The notes below the pieces were generated by a model that worked only from the letters and a program-made list of their open reading frames with translations, was not told the DNA's origin and did no database searches. Below, piece after piece: positions 26,058 through 38,710 of a stretch of 63,925 nucleotides of DNA (positions are counted from its first letter, which is position 1; the number at the start of each line of letters is the position of its first letter). This DNA is from Negaprion brevirostris (Eukaryota): positions 62,929,735 through 62,993,659 of the forward strand of contig JARDVH010000084.1 in the NCBI GenBank assembly GCA_030324005.1, in the 5' to 3' direction. A program made the position numbers and the translations under genes.

Positions 26058-26086
26058 AAGCTGTTCTCCTTTATGTTAGCTGGCAT
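26058..26086 (-). CDS. R4-family RGS gene (RGS2/RGS13-like), exon 1
   Basis: aagATG MPANIKENS(F) with phase-2 donor TT|GTAAGT. A TATA-like CATAAATA lies about 180 nt upstream. Confidence 0.8.
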
Positions 26087-26239
26087 CTTGTCTTGTGATT
26101 CTCGGTTTATATGCTGCTTGGAGAAGGTTTCTGTTGCACGAGCAGGATCAGATCGCTTTGCAAGTTTTTCCTCACTGAGAACTGCAGCTCAGTTTTTACG
26201 ATTATACTCCAGCTGCTGTCTCTGCCAAGAGCTATTAGC

Positions 26240-26400
26240 TTCTGCCCTCTCTTCTTGCCTGCTTCTCTATTTATGCACTCAGGCTGACGTTGAGTCAGTG
26301 GGCGTGGATTAGCTGTACCTGTAGTGATTTGTTATTGTATAACAAGCAAGAACCAGTTCCAAGATAGGGGAACCTTATTTAGTACAGCGTTGACGTACGA
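26240..26400 (-). promoter_or_regulatory. Proximal promoter of the RGS2/13-like gene
   Basis: CATAAATA (26268-26275), TGACGT CRE half-site (26285) abutting AP-1 TGAGTCA (26291-26297), GGGCGTGG GC box (26300-26307), CArG-like CCTTATTTAG (26373) and a second TGACGT (26391). Confidence 0.65.
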
Positions 26401-26859
26401 ACCTTAGCAACTCTGTTCAGACTGCCTCAGGCAAAACAAGATTAGGATTGCATGACAACAGCAACTAAGAACACAAACCATATTTTCGGCTCATTGAGAG
26501 AAAGCAAGTATTGTGTCAATAGGCAGCCACAAGAAGTTAGATTAGAAAGCATTAACATTATGTGAATTCTTCTAAAGGTGTGACCTGTCCTGTGCTAAAT
26601 TCTTGTACATTTTCTGAACACAAACAAAGTAGGCTGCTCACCTTTAGGTATGCTAGCCATGCATCATATGATATTGCAGGTAACTTTGGTACAAACTGCA
26701 CCGCAGTTAGAAAAGGCAAGCAGTTTCTGTCCATTTAAAACTCCTTCCCTTTTTCTTTTAAGATGCAAGAACCAACTTGTCTGTGCTGCACTTTTGTTCC
26801 CCCGAGCTACTTCTTTATTTACGTGTTTTCAGGTTTTAAGAGAGTGCTAAAAAGACCAA

Positions 26860-27045
26860 ATCAAAACCCCAAAATCTCAGCCAATCTGACAGCATCTGTG
26901 AAGAGAGAACAGAGCTACCCTTCCGAGCCTGGATGACCCTTCGAGCCAACTCGAAACGTTGGCTCTATTCTCTCTCCACAGATGCTGTCAAACCGGCTGA
27001 GGTTTTCCAGCCTTTTCGATTTGTGTTTCAGATTCCAGCATCCAT
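26860..27045. mobile_element. Second Penelope-type inverted terminal remnant
   Basis: tgacagcatctgtgaagagagaacagagc ... gctctattctctctccacagatgctgtca inverted arms around atgacccttcg/ctcgaaacg. Related pieces at about 55716-55845 and 62275-62395. Confidence 0.55.
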
Positions 27046-27147
27046 CAATGTTTTACTTTCAAATCAAAATTCAAGATGGACTATTCACTACTTAAGAGCT
27101 GAATTTTTGTCAACTATGCAATGTTCAGGCATTTACCATTTGAACCT

Positions 27148-27436
27148 TAGAATCCCTACAGTACAGAAGGAGGTCATTTGGCCCATTGAGCCCACACCAA
27201 TAACAATTCCACCCTGGCCCTATTCCCATAACTCTATGCATTTACCCTACTAATCTCCCAATCCATCTAACCTATGCATCTTTGGATTGTTGGAGAAAAC
27301 GGGAGCACATGGAGAAAACCCATGCAGACACAGGGAGAATGTGCAAACTCCACAATGACAGTGACCTGACCCTGGGATTGAACCCAGGCCCCTGGCACTG
27401 TGAGGTATTAGTGCTAACCACTATGCCACCATGCTG
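27148..27436 (-). mobile_element. HE1/V-SINE-type SINE (CR1-type tail)
   Basis: Same family as 21515-21841. Confidence 0.88.
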
Positions 27437-27699
27437 CTCTTGGCTAGTACTGCATGGGATTTTGGACTGCATTGTAATTTAGGGCGGATTTTGGGATCAT
27501 TTATTATTTATGTTCTAAATTATTTTTGGACAGTAAAAGTCATTGCAAAAGCAGCAAAAAGGAAATTAAATCAGTATTCACTGAACCCATCCAGTTATTT
27601 TCGTCTATTTCCTCTTCCTTTGAACTTTTTGAATCATTTTGGTCCAAAAGTCCTCCCCACACAAAAAGCAAATGGACACTTAATTTATCCTGTGATTAT

Positions 27700-28070
27700 T
27701 GTCCACAATTTCCAGGCTTTTACCCGGTACAATACTGAGGGAGCGCTGCACTGTTGGAAGTGTTGACTTTGGGATCAGATATTAAACCTGGCCTGTCCTC
27801 TCTGATGGATATAAAATGCCCCAGGGCACTATTATAATGAAGGGCAGAGGATTTCTCCCCACTGTCCAAGCCAACCTTTATCCTTAAGCCAACAGCACTA
27901 GAACAGATTATTGAATCTTTGACTCTGATGATTGTGGGAGCTTGCTGTGCACAATTAGACTATTGCATTTCTTATGTTACAATAGCATTTACAGTTTCAT
28001 TGGCTGTGAAGCACATGGGAATGCTTTGAGGTCAAGGAAAGCAGAAGGCAGTGCATTAATGTAAGTCTTT
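27700..28070 (+). mobile_element. DeuSINE/SacSINE1-like element
   Basis: tactgagggagcgctgcactgttgga...gggagcttgctgtgc core. Confidence 0.7.
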
Positions 28071-28574
28071 CCATCTCCCCCCAATAAAATTACAGGAACA
28101 TGGAAGCTGTGTGAATGAGGTATTGTTATGATTCATTCATTTTGAGATGCGGTGGGAATTCAGACAAAAATCACAATCAATCTCATGACTTCCAGATTGG
28201 GAATACAGTGGTTTACTGTTATTGTCACTGGGTGCCTTAAACACAAGTGATATATTTTGGAACAGGTGCTTTGCACGTCAGGAAAAACCTCAATACCGAG
28301 AGAGATGTAAGAATAGAGAACTTGACACCACAAGGAGTAGTTAAAGTGAATAGTATAGGTGCATTTGGAGAAGTGAGAAAAGTGCATAAAACATGTATAT
28401 GCAACATTGTGATGACTTTGGAATAGATTCCCACTCTTAACGGTTGACGTTCAATATCCTTGTCATGATCACCTGAGAATCATAAGAACAAAATATAAAA
28501 TACACATTGGAAATTTGTCTGGAATCCAGTTATAATGGGTTTGTTGATCTACTGGGAGTGAAACATTCACATAT

Positions 28575-29405
28575 CTGAACATACAGATTACCAGGGGTTG
28601 GCTATTCAGCCCCTTGAGCCTATTTTTCCATTTGATAAGATCATGGCTGATCTAATTGTGGCCCCAACTCCACGTCCCATCTATTGTCAATGCCCTTGGA
28701 CTCCCAAGCATCCACGTCTGTCTTAGAAATATTCAATGACCTTGCCCCTTCCACTCTCTGCGGAAAGGTTCTATTGACTCACTATCCTCTGGAAGAAATA
28801 AAGTTCTCCTCATCTCTGTCTTAAACTTGAGACCCCTTATTTTTAAACTAAGTTCCCTAGTTCAAATCTCTCCTGCAAGGGGAAAAATCCTTTCAGGATC
28901 CACCCTGTCAAGTTCCCTCAGGATATTATACAGTTTACGGAACGATCATGTTTCACTCTTCTAAATACTGATAGATACAGGTCCAGCCTGTCTAATCTCG
29001 CCTCATATCATCCCCATCCCAGGAATCAGTAAGATGAACCTCGTCTGAACTGCTTCTAATGCAATTTTGTCCTTTTTCAAATAAGGAGGCTAAAACAATA
29101 GTCAAAGTGTGGGCAGGGATTCTAATGGCACTCCAAATGTTGCCACCTAACCCACACTGATGCCCATTAGTGTTGGGGCCAGAAAATCCCCCCAGCTGTA
29201 CAACTTCAGCAAAATTTCCCCAATTTTATTCCATTCCCCTCGTAATATATGCCAACATTCCATCAGCCTTCCTAATCACTTGTTGTACCTGCATACTAAC
29301 TTTTTGTGATTCCTGTTCTAGGACACCTAGATCTATCAACGTATTCCGCACTATCCCTCCATTTAGATGATACGCTGCTTTTCTGTTCTTTTGCCAAAAT
29401 GGGCA
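28575..29405 (-). mobile_element. CR1 LINE 3' portion
   Basis: YHLNG..DLGVL..SQKVSMQVQQVIRKADGMLAYITRGME plus a CR1 3' tail. Confidence 0.85.
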
Positions 29406-29694
29406 AAGTGTACCACCTTCTGCAACTATGGCTATTGGCATAAGAGGGGCAGGAATCCCAAACAGCAGTAAATTGTGTATATCAAACCAAATGTATTTCA
29501 CCAACTCGGAGAGTGCCGACTGGAACTCAAAGGTTCAATCCCTTAAAAAAAAGCACAATTAAAATAAATGATGCACTGTAAGTGAAAAAAGGAATGGATG
29601 GATATGCTGATAGTGATAGATGAGAAAGGGCAGGAGGCAGCTCAACTGCGGCGTAACGGTTGACAAACTCTGACACCAAAAAGCTCCAACTTCG

Positions 29695-29810
29695 TCCGTG
29701 CCTGGGATTCTCCAGTCCTGCTGCTGTGAATGGAGCTTTGGCTGAGCGTCAAATTCTCCATTCCCACTGGCAGTGGGGTGGGAATGAACGAGATCGGAGA
29801 ATCCCGCCCC
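29695..29810. mobile_element. MITE family B (related copy at about 22338-22440)
   Basis: gggattctcc...ggagaatcccgccc inverted ends; shared internal ctgctgtgaatggag..gctgagc..aaattctcc. Confidence 0.65.
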
Positions 29811-30130
29811 AAATGTTTCAATACCATGAACTACATGCCCCAGTGTAAGCCTGACCCCTTTACAGAGCAGAAAAATAGCATGACATTGTTTCTTTCTCTG
29901 AAAGGAATAATTCCAAATGAGAAATATTGTTGTTGCTGGGAGCCTCAGGAAAGGATTGGAGGAGAAAAGAGAAATGTAATGATGGAATGCTTTTTCGATG
30001 TATGTACCAATAGCAAATACAAATGAAACCTTTCCACTTACGTGAAGGATCAGTTGAAGCTCACTTGGCAGCATGCTGACCTCCAAGTCATGAGGGTTCT
30101 TGCTTAAGTCCCACACCAGGGTTGAGCATA

Positions 30131-30409
30131 GAGGGTCAGTACTGAAGGAGTTCTGCACTGTCAGAGGGTCAGTACTGAGAGAGTTCTGCACTGTCAGAGA
30201 GTCAGTACTGAGAGAGTTCTGCACTGTCAGAGAGTCAGTACTGAGAGAGTTCTGCACTGTCAGAGAGTCAGTACTGAGAGAGTTCTGCACTGTCAGAGAG
30301 TCAGTACTGAGAGAGTTCTGCACTGTCAGAGAGTCAGTACTGAGAGAGTTCTGCACTGTCAGAGAGTCAGTACTGAGAGAGTTCTGCACTGTCAGAGAGT
30401 CAGTACTGA
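30131..30409. repeat. 33-bp minisatellite, 8 full copies plus a partial, continuing into an 894-nt gap
   Basis: Unit gagagtcagtactgagagagttctgcactgtca; copies are near-identical. Confidence 0.98.
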
Positions 30410-31782
30410 NNNNNNNNNNNNNNNNNNNNNNNNNNNNNNNNNNNNNNNNNNNNNNNNNNNNNNNNNNNNNNNNNNNNNNNNNNNNNNNNNNNNNNNNNNN
30501 NNNNNNNNNNNNNNNNNNNNNNNNNNNNNNNNNNNNNNNNNNNNNNNNNNNNNNNNNNNNNNNNNNNNNNNNNNNNNNNNNNNNNNNNNNNNNNNNNNNN
30601 NNNNNNNNNNNNNNNNNNNNNNNNNNNNNNNNNNNNNNNNNNNNNNNNNNNNNNNNNNNNNNNNNNNNNNNNNNNNNNNNNNNNNNNNNNNNNNNNNNNN
30701 NNNNNNNNNNNNNNNNNNNNNNNNNNNNNNNNNNNNNNNNNNNNNNNNNNNNNNNNNNNNNNNNNNNNNNNNNNNNNNNNNNNNNNNNNNNNNNNNNNNN
30801 NNNNNNNNNNNNNNNNNNNNNNNNNNNNNNNNNNNNNNNNNNNNNNNNNNNNNNNNNNNNNNNNNNNNNNNNNNNNNNNNNNNNNNNNNNNNNNNNNNNN
30901 NNNNNNNNNNNNNNNNNNNNNNNNNNNNNNNNNNNNNNNNNNNNNNNNNNNNNNNNNNNNNNNNNNNNNNNNNNNNNNNNNNNNNNNNNNNNNNNNNNNN
31001 NNNNNNNNNNNNNNNNNNNNNNNNNNNNNNNNNNNNNNNNNNNNNNNNNNNNNNNNNNNNNNNNNNNNNNNNNNNNNNNNNNNNNNNNNNNNNNNNNNNN
31101 NNNNNNNNNNNNNNNNNNNNNNNNNNNNNNNNNNNNNNNNNNNNNNNNNNNNNNNNNNNNNNNNNNNNNNNNNNNNNNNNNNNNNNNNNNNNNNNNNNNN
31201 NNNNNNNNNNNNNNNNNNNNNNNNNNNNNNNNNNNNNNNNNNNNNNNNNNNNNNNNNNNNNNNNNNNNNNNNNNNNNNNNNNNNNNNNNNNNNNNNNNNN
31301 NNNCCTGCATCTGACTGATTGGCCTTCTATTTAGAAGTGCTGAGATAATGGAAGCCTCTCCTCATTTTTCATGCCACAGAAGTTAAGGGCACTACTGAAG
31401 AATGTACACAATTGAGCAACATGAATGATCACTGTGGGAATACTCAGTGTAATAATCAGTGATGGCATCTCTTGAGCAAAGAGCAAATATTAACAAATAT
31501 GTGAAATAAAAACAAGAGTTACGAGGTTACTTCAGGTTGTTATTAGAGAGGATGACAAATGACAGAATTTAAAGGTTATTGATATTTAATTCAAACCAGT
31601 AAAGTCAACACATTTTGATGAAAGAAATTTTGGGCAGATGTGTTTTTGTTTAGCCCTTTGCTAAAACGGTTTGACTACTCTTAGAGGGCCTAGCTAATGT
31701 AATATGATTTCACAAAGGGGAAACGTTTTTATAAAAAAGGTATGGCCATGTTCCACATATAGTAAGTTTTTGACTTCTCCTG

Positions 31783-31962
31783 AGAAGTCTCACAACACCG
31801 GATGAAAGTCCAGCAGGTTTATTTGGAATCACAAACTTTCAGAGTGCGGCCCCTTCATCAGGTGACATGGAAGGAAAAATAAACCTGTTGGACTTTAACC
31901 TGGTGTAGTGAGACTTCTTATCGTGCCCACCCCAGTCCAATGCCAGCATCTCCATATCATGG
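31783..31962. mobile_element. Penelope-like element terminal remnant in inverted arrangement, with hammerhead-like core
   Basis: About 42-bp inverted repeat (31783-31824 vs 31877-31918) enclosing minus-strand cacCTGATGAaggggccgcactctGAAAgtttgtg. Confidence 0.65.
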
Positions 31963-34900
31963 TTCCATAAAAGATGATACCTATAGATATGAGATATTTT
32001 TCTTTGGGGAGGGAGAATCTGATGACACATCTATCCTGACTAGCCATTATACATCTTTGGAAGAGAGCAGATAATGGAGCATGGAAGTGATAGGGAAGTC
32101 TAAAATAATGGGATGGGAGTTGGGGGGAAGGGAACACATTGAAAGTGAACGTCCATGTTCCTTTGCGAATAAGTTATATTATTGGGCAGGCCAAAGATTT
32201 ATTAGTAAAGACAAATGTTCCTAAAAGCAATAAATGCTTGCATTTATATATTACTTTTCACAACCATCAGGTATATTAGATGCTTTACAGCCAATTATCA
32301 CAATGATGTACCTTGTGCATGAGCGATATTAATTTTCAATTAATTGGCTGATCAAATATATATTGATCTATTTAAAAAGGACTTTAAAAAAGACACTGAC
32401 TTAAGATGGCTGCCACAAGTCACCTGGCAGCTGGTATCGCAAGTTGACCAGTTTCTGCAAAGTTCCAATGTGAATTATATTTCTTTATATCATGGCATGC
32501 TTCAATAGAATTTTGCACCTATTGATGTCAATAACTACTTGAAAGTATTTACTGAAGCTGCACTGGACCTCATATTTGCACTTCTGTCAGGCAAGTGAGA
32601 TCGAAAGTTGACCAGGAGAATAGGTATAAGAAAGTTGTTTTTCTATCTCTTCAAGATGTATAATGAATCATCATGGCACATTCTAGACAATGGGGCAATA
32701 GCCACAGTTGATTCAGGCATCAGCTCATTAAATACCTTCTGAAATCATTATGGAGGGAGAGGTCATGTGATTGGTGATTTTTGAAATCTCTTTATTGAAA
32801 TTATTTTAAATAGAATACAAGGCAATGCATTTGTAAATTTAAAAATAATATAAATTTGAACCATTTCCAAAGTTGCCTAAACTAATTTGTTTTGCCAATA
32901 AGGCTTCCTGCACAATATGTGGAGGGAACCCGAGAAAGACTTAGAAGTGTGTCTATATAGATGATGCTCTATATTTTCTCCAACATAGTAGGGAAAGAGA
33001 ACATGGATAAAAATTGCTAGTTGGAAAAACTTTGTTGAAAAAGAAACTGCCACAATGAAGTGAAGACTATTGATGTTGGCCACTTCAGCTTTGACCTAAT
33101 CATGACCAAGCGAAAAGGAATTCTGATTTAGTGGCCAGACGTTGCGTGCTCTGGTAGCTGAAGATCTGAAAGTGCACAGAGTGTAACAGTAAATGTCCAG
33201 CACCCCAGCTCTCTACTGAGTCTGCATCCTCCATACTCAACCTCCACAGGCTTAAAATCATGCAGTGCAACATTAATTATGTATTTATGTGAGCTTCCTG
33301 TAGTCTTTAATTTTACATCAACTATTTATTTTACCCATGTTAGTACTTTTCTTAAGATAGTACTCAGGGAAATTTCTTTCAAAAACAAATTAAATCATTC
33401 CTAATTACTAATACTGAACAGCTTGTTTTCACCCCATATGAATCTATTTATACCCCCTGGTTTTTAGTTATTATTGCAATAGAACATGATGAGATTTTCA
33501 ATATTTATGCCACTAACAAAATCAATGTTTACTTGGTTCTGAAATGTAATGGCCTTCTTTTCTTATTAGTTATTTTTAACACCAACAGCCATTTCTTCAC
33601 GGTTTTCTCTTTGTTGTCCATCTGTCCAGATGATAAATTACTCAAAACTACTTTTGAACTATTTCAGACTATCTGAAACATCTGGCTTTCCCACGAAATG
33701 TTGCGGTATTTGCTGTGCTGCCACAGGATCCATATACAGTGAAATAATATTATGTTGGCAGGAATGTCAGAATGTACCTAATTTAACAGTCATTAGCTGA
33801 TAGGTTTTGCACTGGTATGGCTTCTGCAAGGTCGAAGTGTATCGATGCCCAAATATCCACTGAAGCTACAATGTGAACAGGTTTGCGAGTTGCAACTTAC
33901 TGACTAGGGGTAACTATCAGACCCAGGCTATCTCCGCAAAACAGAGAGCTAAAGGCACAGATCTTTGATATTAAAGGGATAGTGGACAGAGGGTAGGGAT
34001 TGGTGGTGGTACGGGGGTGGTGGGGCCTGTGGGTAGTGGTACATCTACAGAAATTTTTGTCAGGCTCTTTGAACTACTTGAAAACTTTAATACCTGCCTC
34101 AGGCTAGGTCTGAAAATACCCAATACTGCCACCGTGTGGACCATACAGTGAAGTATTCAGCTTTTCAACACTAATATCCCTCATAGATTAAGCACAGAAA
34201 CACACAGAAAGGACAGGGAGGGAAGCACATGAGGTAACAGTAATTCCTCTAGTAGATAATGATGCAGTGGCAATATGGAAATGTCAGGGCAATTGGCTAC
34301 AACTCTGACATTGATGCACAGCAACACTGGGAGTTACATATCCTGATTGTAACTGATAGAAACTTGCAGCTCACAGGAGTGTGAATAGAATGGCTCATGC
34401 TAGCTTGATGATTAGAAAGGTTGATGTTACATGAATGGGGCAGATGCTTGGGCCCTGTCAAGGTTGGGAATGGCATAAGATGGGGCCTTAAAATACTGGA
34501 GCTGGGGTGCCAGCTGCCCGATACCATTCCCAGACTTCACCATTTTGGCCCAGGCAGATTTGTGGCCTGGTAAAGTTGCTCACATCCCTCAGGCAGCTTA
34601 TCAGAGCCTAGCTTAAGGGAAAGTAATGGAAGCCAACTGGTATTTTCCAATCAGATCCTAGTTTCCCCACATGAGAAAGGGGTAGGGGAGCTGGGGTGGG
34701 GTAGGACGCAGCTTAACGTCCTAGAGATGGCCATCCAGTGATAAGCCAGGGAGGTCTACGGCCTGACTCTTCCAGCCTGAACTTGGGTACAGCTAAAGGT
34801 CACCCAGTCAAGGGATTACATCCCCATCACTCTGAGGGTGGTAACCTGGCTGTCTTGTTGAAGCATCCTTTCAGTTACTTATGCTTTACTGCAGAGAGTG

Positions 34901-35530
34901 CTCATTCCCACAACCTGCCACCACAGAACCAAGTTCGAGACCCATAACTGACACTGTTTCCTGCTACCAAAGTGGAAGTTCAGCTCATGGCCTCATGGCA
35001 TTGATATTAATACAGTGTAAATAGTCTTCGACAGTAATCACTTACCTACTGCACTTATCAATATGTTGTTCGAACAATCAATGAATCCACTTGTCCCTTT
35101 CAGGAATGGGGTGTTAGTAACTTGTACAACAAGTTCTAGTTATGATTGCACCAGTCAATACACTAAGGAGTTGAGTAATCCACCCTAACTTTGCAGTTCA
35201 GGATGTTGCATTAACCGGCCAAAAGTGATGAGACACGATCTTATCATTATAACTAATCATAAGAAATGCAAAAACATTCAGCCGTGTTATTTCCTGACTA
35301 TGAATTGCTTTCATTATAATTCAGCTTGAAAAGAACACTACAAAAATTAATTTATTATGTGTGTACTTTTTATGATGAACAGTTTCCACCCTTGAGTACA
35401 GATCATTTAGAAATATATGACTATTTGACAAAACAAACACTTCTATCTTCTTCATGACCACACACCATTGCCAAATATGGTTATTGCCAACATGCTGCAA
35501 TAGTTTCTTGGTGCTTAGAGTGTCTGCAGT

Positions 35531-36430
35531 TGTGATCAGACCCAGGTGAGATTCCCCAAAGGTTGTTGGTCCTTCAATTTGTCACCATCTGGCTGGGATC
35601 CTCCCAAATTATTACAAACCCAGGTAAGGAGAGATGACTGGCTTCATGCCCTTATTCAACCCATGATGTGGAGATGACAGCGTTGAGTGAAGATGAAGGG
35701 GCAGTGTTCCAAAAGCCTGTGATTCCAAATAAACCTGTTGGATTTTAGCCTGGTATTCTGAGACCTCTTACTTTATTCAGCCCAGTCTCTGCAGGTAGAA
35801 ACCTAATAGGTCCCCTTTCCTTGGGATACATTTTCCATTCCCAGTGGGTAGGATTTTACAACTATGCTCGCTCTGAAACCAGAAAACCCCACCCGAGGCG
35901 ATGAACCTTTCAATGGTCCGGCCCTCGTTTGTTACGATTCCTGTGGCGGGCAGAATGGAAAAACTTGTCCCAGTGTTTAGAAGAGCTAATTTAACCAGGC
36001 TTTTTCGAGTTAAGATAGAGGAAGTTTATTAATTACTAAAATGATAAGGCTAAATGGTAAAAAACACATGTATCTCACATTCATATGGATTAGAATAATT
36101 GAGGCCAATTGTAAGCGGATATAAATTAAAAGTTACATAGAAAAGTCTTTGAGTTGTGAAGAATAGATGATGATGTGTTGCAATTAATGCAGGTTGATTC
36201 CAATAGTTAACTCTTTGATTGATGTGTTCTGTAGTTTGGTGGAGAGATTTCAGTTCTTTGTCCAGCTGTGATCTTTCTGTTGGCTGGATTGACATTCATA
36301 GTCAGATAGAGAGAGTGTTTTAGATGTTCCTGCAAAAAGTGGCTATTTTTGCAGGGGCCCTGCCTCAGCTACTGCTTCGTCTTCAGTGCAGCAAACTTCC
36401 AGCTGCTTTTCTCACAGCATACATACACAC
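35531..36430 (-). mobile_element. LTR-like element with nested Penelope remnant and MITE
   Basis: Minus-strand ctcacctggg..aca ends with an aatttggga PBS-like tract, resembling the end of 39404-40262. Confidence 0.35.
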
Positions 36431-36799
36431 NNNNNNNNNNNNNNNNNNNNNNNNNNNNNNNNNNNNNNNNNNNNNNNNNNNNNNNNNNNNNNNNNNNNNN
36501 NNNNNNNNNNNNNNNNNNNNNNNNNNNNNNNNNNNNNNNNNNNNNNNNNNNNNNNNNNNNNNNNNNNNNNNNNNNNNNNNNNNNNNNNNNNNNNNNNNNN
36601 NNNNNNNNNNNNNNNNNNNNNNNNNNNNNNNNNNNNNNNNNNNNNNNNNNNNNNNNNNNNNNNNNNNNNNNNNNNNNNNNNNNNNNNNNNNNNNNNNNNN
36701 NNNNNNNNNNNNNNNNNNNNNNNNNNNNNNNNNNNNNNNNNNNNNNNNNNNNNNNNNNNNNNNNNNNNNNNNNNNNNNNNNNNNNNNNNNNNNGATTTT

Positions 36800-38710
36800 T
36801 CACTCAAAGAAGTTGTTCCAATCTCACATCAACATCAGCTGCCTACCCAGATAAGAGCCAATCATTCCTGGATTGATTGATCAGGCACTCTCCAGCATTC
36901 CTACACAGAGTGCAGAATAAAACTAGAACATACTTTGAGACAGTGCCTACAATACCACGCTCTCACATATGGGAAGCAAGAGTGGAAAGGTGCTGACTGG
37001 TGTGAGGCTGACATCACCGTGATGGGGCTTATCATTGAAGCCAAGCAACCTACTCTCATTAATTACAAGAGAGACCTGAATGATTGGACTCTGAATACAC
37101 TAAGAACCGCTTGAAGTAAAGCCCAGCAGACAGACAGGTAGCGTGCTGAAGCCCACTAGTAGAAAATGTTGCCAGAATATCCAGATGCCCTTGGGCACAA
37201 AGAAAGCCAGGGGCACATATGAAGGCAGCAAAAAAGTTTACCAGCAAAAGAAAAGAAACCCTTTGAGAACAAAGGCAGGGAAAGTTATCACTGATTGCAA
37301 TGAATAATTGGAGAGATGGATGGGGCACTACCTTGGAACTCAAGGAAAAACACAGCCATGCAGAAGCTATGGTCACCATTTAGAACCGACCTGTCATTGA
37401 AGAGCTGGATATTGAATCCAAAGTGAAGGAACTTAGCAAAACTATTGACTTGCTTACCAAAGGCGAAGTTCCAGATGTTGATGCTCTATCATCTGAGCTC
37501 AACAAGCACAGGAAACTGACACATCCTTTAGCATCTGCACAAACCTCTCTATCTTTGCTGGAGGGAGAGGGGCAGTTCTCCAGGGTACGTGTGATACAAG
37601 GATTGTGACCTTGTGTGAGAACAAGGCTGACTGCAGCAATGCAACAGTTATTGAAGCATCTTCCTGCTGAACAGCACAGGAAAGGTGCTTGCCATTGTTG
37701 CCCTTGTCAGACTGTAAATCCTGACAGAGTGCATTACTCCGAAGCCCAATGTGCTTTCAGAGCTGGAATATCATCAATTAACATTAACAACTCACCAAGG
37801 TTCCTTTGAAAGCACCTTCCAAACCTGCAGTCTCTACCAACTAAGGCAAGGGCAGCTGACATATATATATTGTATATATAACTATATAGATATACTATAT
37901 ATATGTATATAGGAATACACTCCTCGCCATCCTAACTTGGAATTATAATTGGCATTCCTTCACTGTTGCTGGGCTAAAATCCTACAATTCCCTCCCGAAT
38001 AGCACTGTGGGTATTCCTGCAATTCAAGATCTGCAGTGGTTCAAGAACGTGGCTTACCACAACCTTTTCAAGCGCAGTTAGGGATGGGCAATGTAAATGT
38101 TGGCCTAGCCAGTAACACCCACATCCCATGAAAGGGTAAAGATAACCTGATCTTCTCAACCAGTTGGCTGCAAATAAAAAGCAGTGAACAAAGAAGGCAA
38201 CTATGTTTGCTTTCGTTGATCTCATAGAGGCATTCAACCATGTGAACAGAGTCAGTCTTTAAGCTGCTGGAGGAAATTGTCTGTCCTCCAATATGAGAGC
38301 TACAGTCCGAGTGAAACAGAGCTGTATTCTGTTGCTAACACTGTTGGGCATAATTGCTGCAGCTAGGTACCTTCAGTTCATCTACAAAGGCTTTCAATCT
38401 AGCTACTGGAACTGATAGAAAGCTGTTCAGCCTTGTCTGTGTGAGATCTTCAGATAAAAATGTGCCAAAGCTTTGTCAGGGAGTTGCTCTACAACTGGGA
38501 GAGAGTTGTCAATGTCTGGAGTGGCAATGAAAAGGAGAAACAGATCAGCTGATCGAAGAGAGCCCAAAGAAACCAGAGGCCAGTAATTTTGGACATTCCC
38601 AGTACTGTCTTCATCTGTGATGTTTAACAAAGAGTTGATCACCATGGGGTAAACCAACATCTCACACTGCCAGGTAAGCTGCCAAGTCACATATGGTGCC
38701 ATATGCTTCT
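36800..38710 (+). mobile_element. Decayed RTE-clade LINE, interrupted by a LINE 3' fragment at about 37790-38135
   Basis: ELSKTIDLLTKGEVP, SEAQCAFRAG, FAFVDLIEAFNHVNR..CPP and VKQSCIL remnants occur in order. Confidence 0.7.
37861..37911. repeat. Imperfect (TA)n microsatellite
   Basis: Visible directly in the sequence. Confidence 0.85.

Noticed and set aside
25908-26312. 134-aa plus-strand ORF
   Set aside because: It is antisense to RGS exon 1 and its promoter, has no recognisable domain, and starts at TTG.
30131-30409. CRISPR-like array, and the long ORFs 29559-31310 and 30100-31314
   Set aside because: The units are identical with no unique spacers, there are no cas genes, and the context is vertebrate. 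The ORFs are just the stop-free 33-bp repeat plus Ns.
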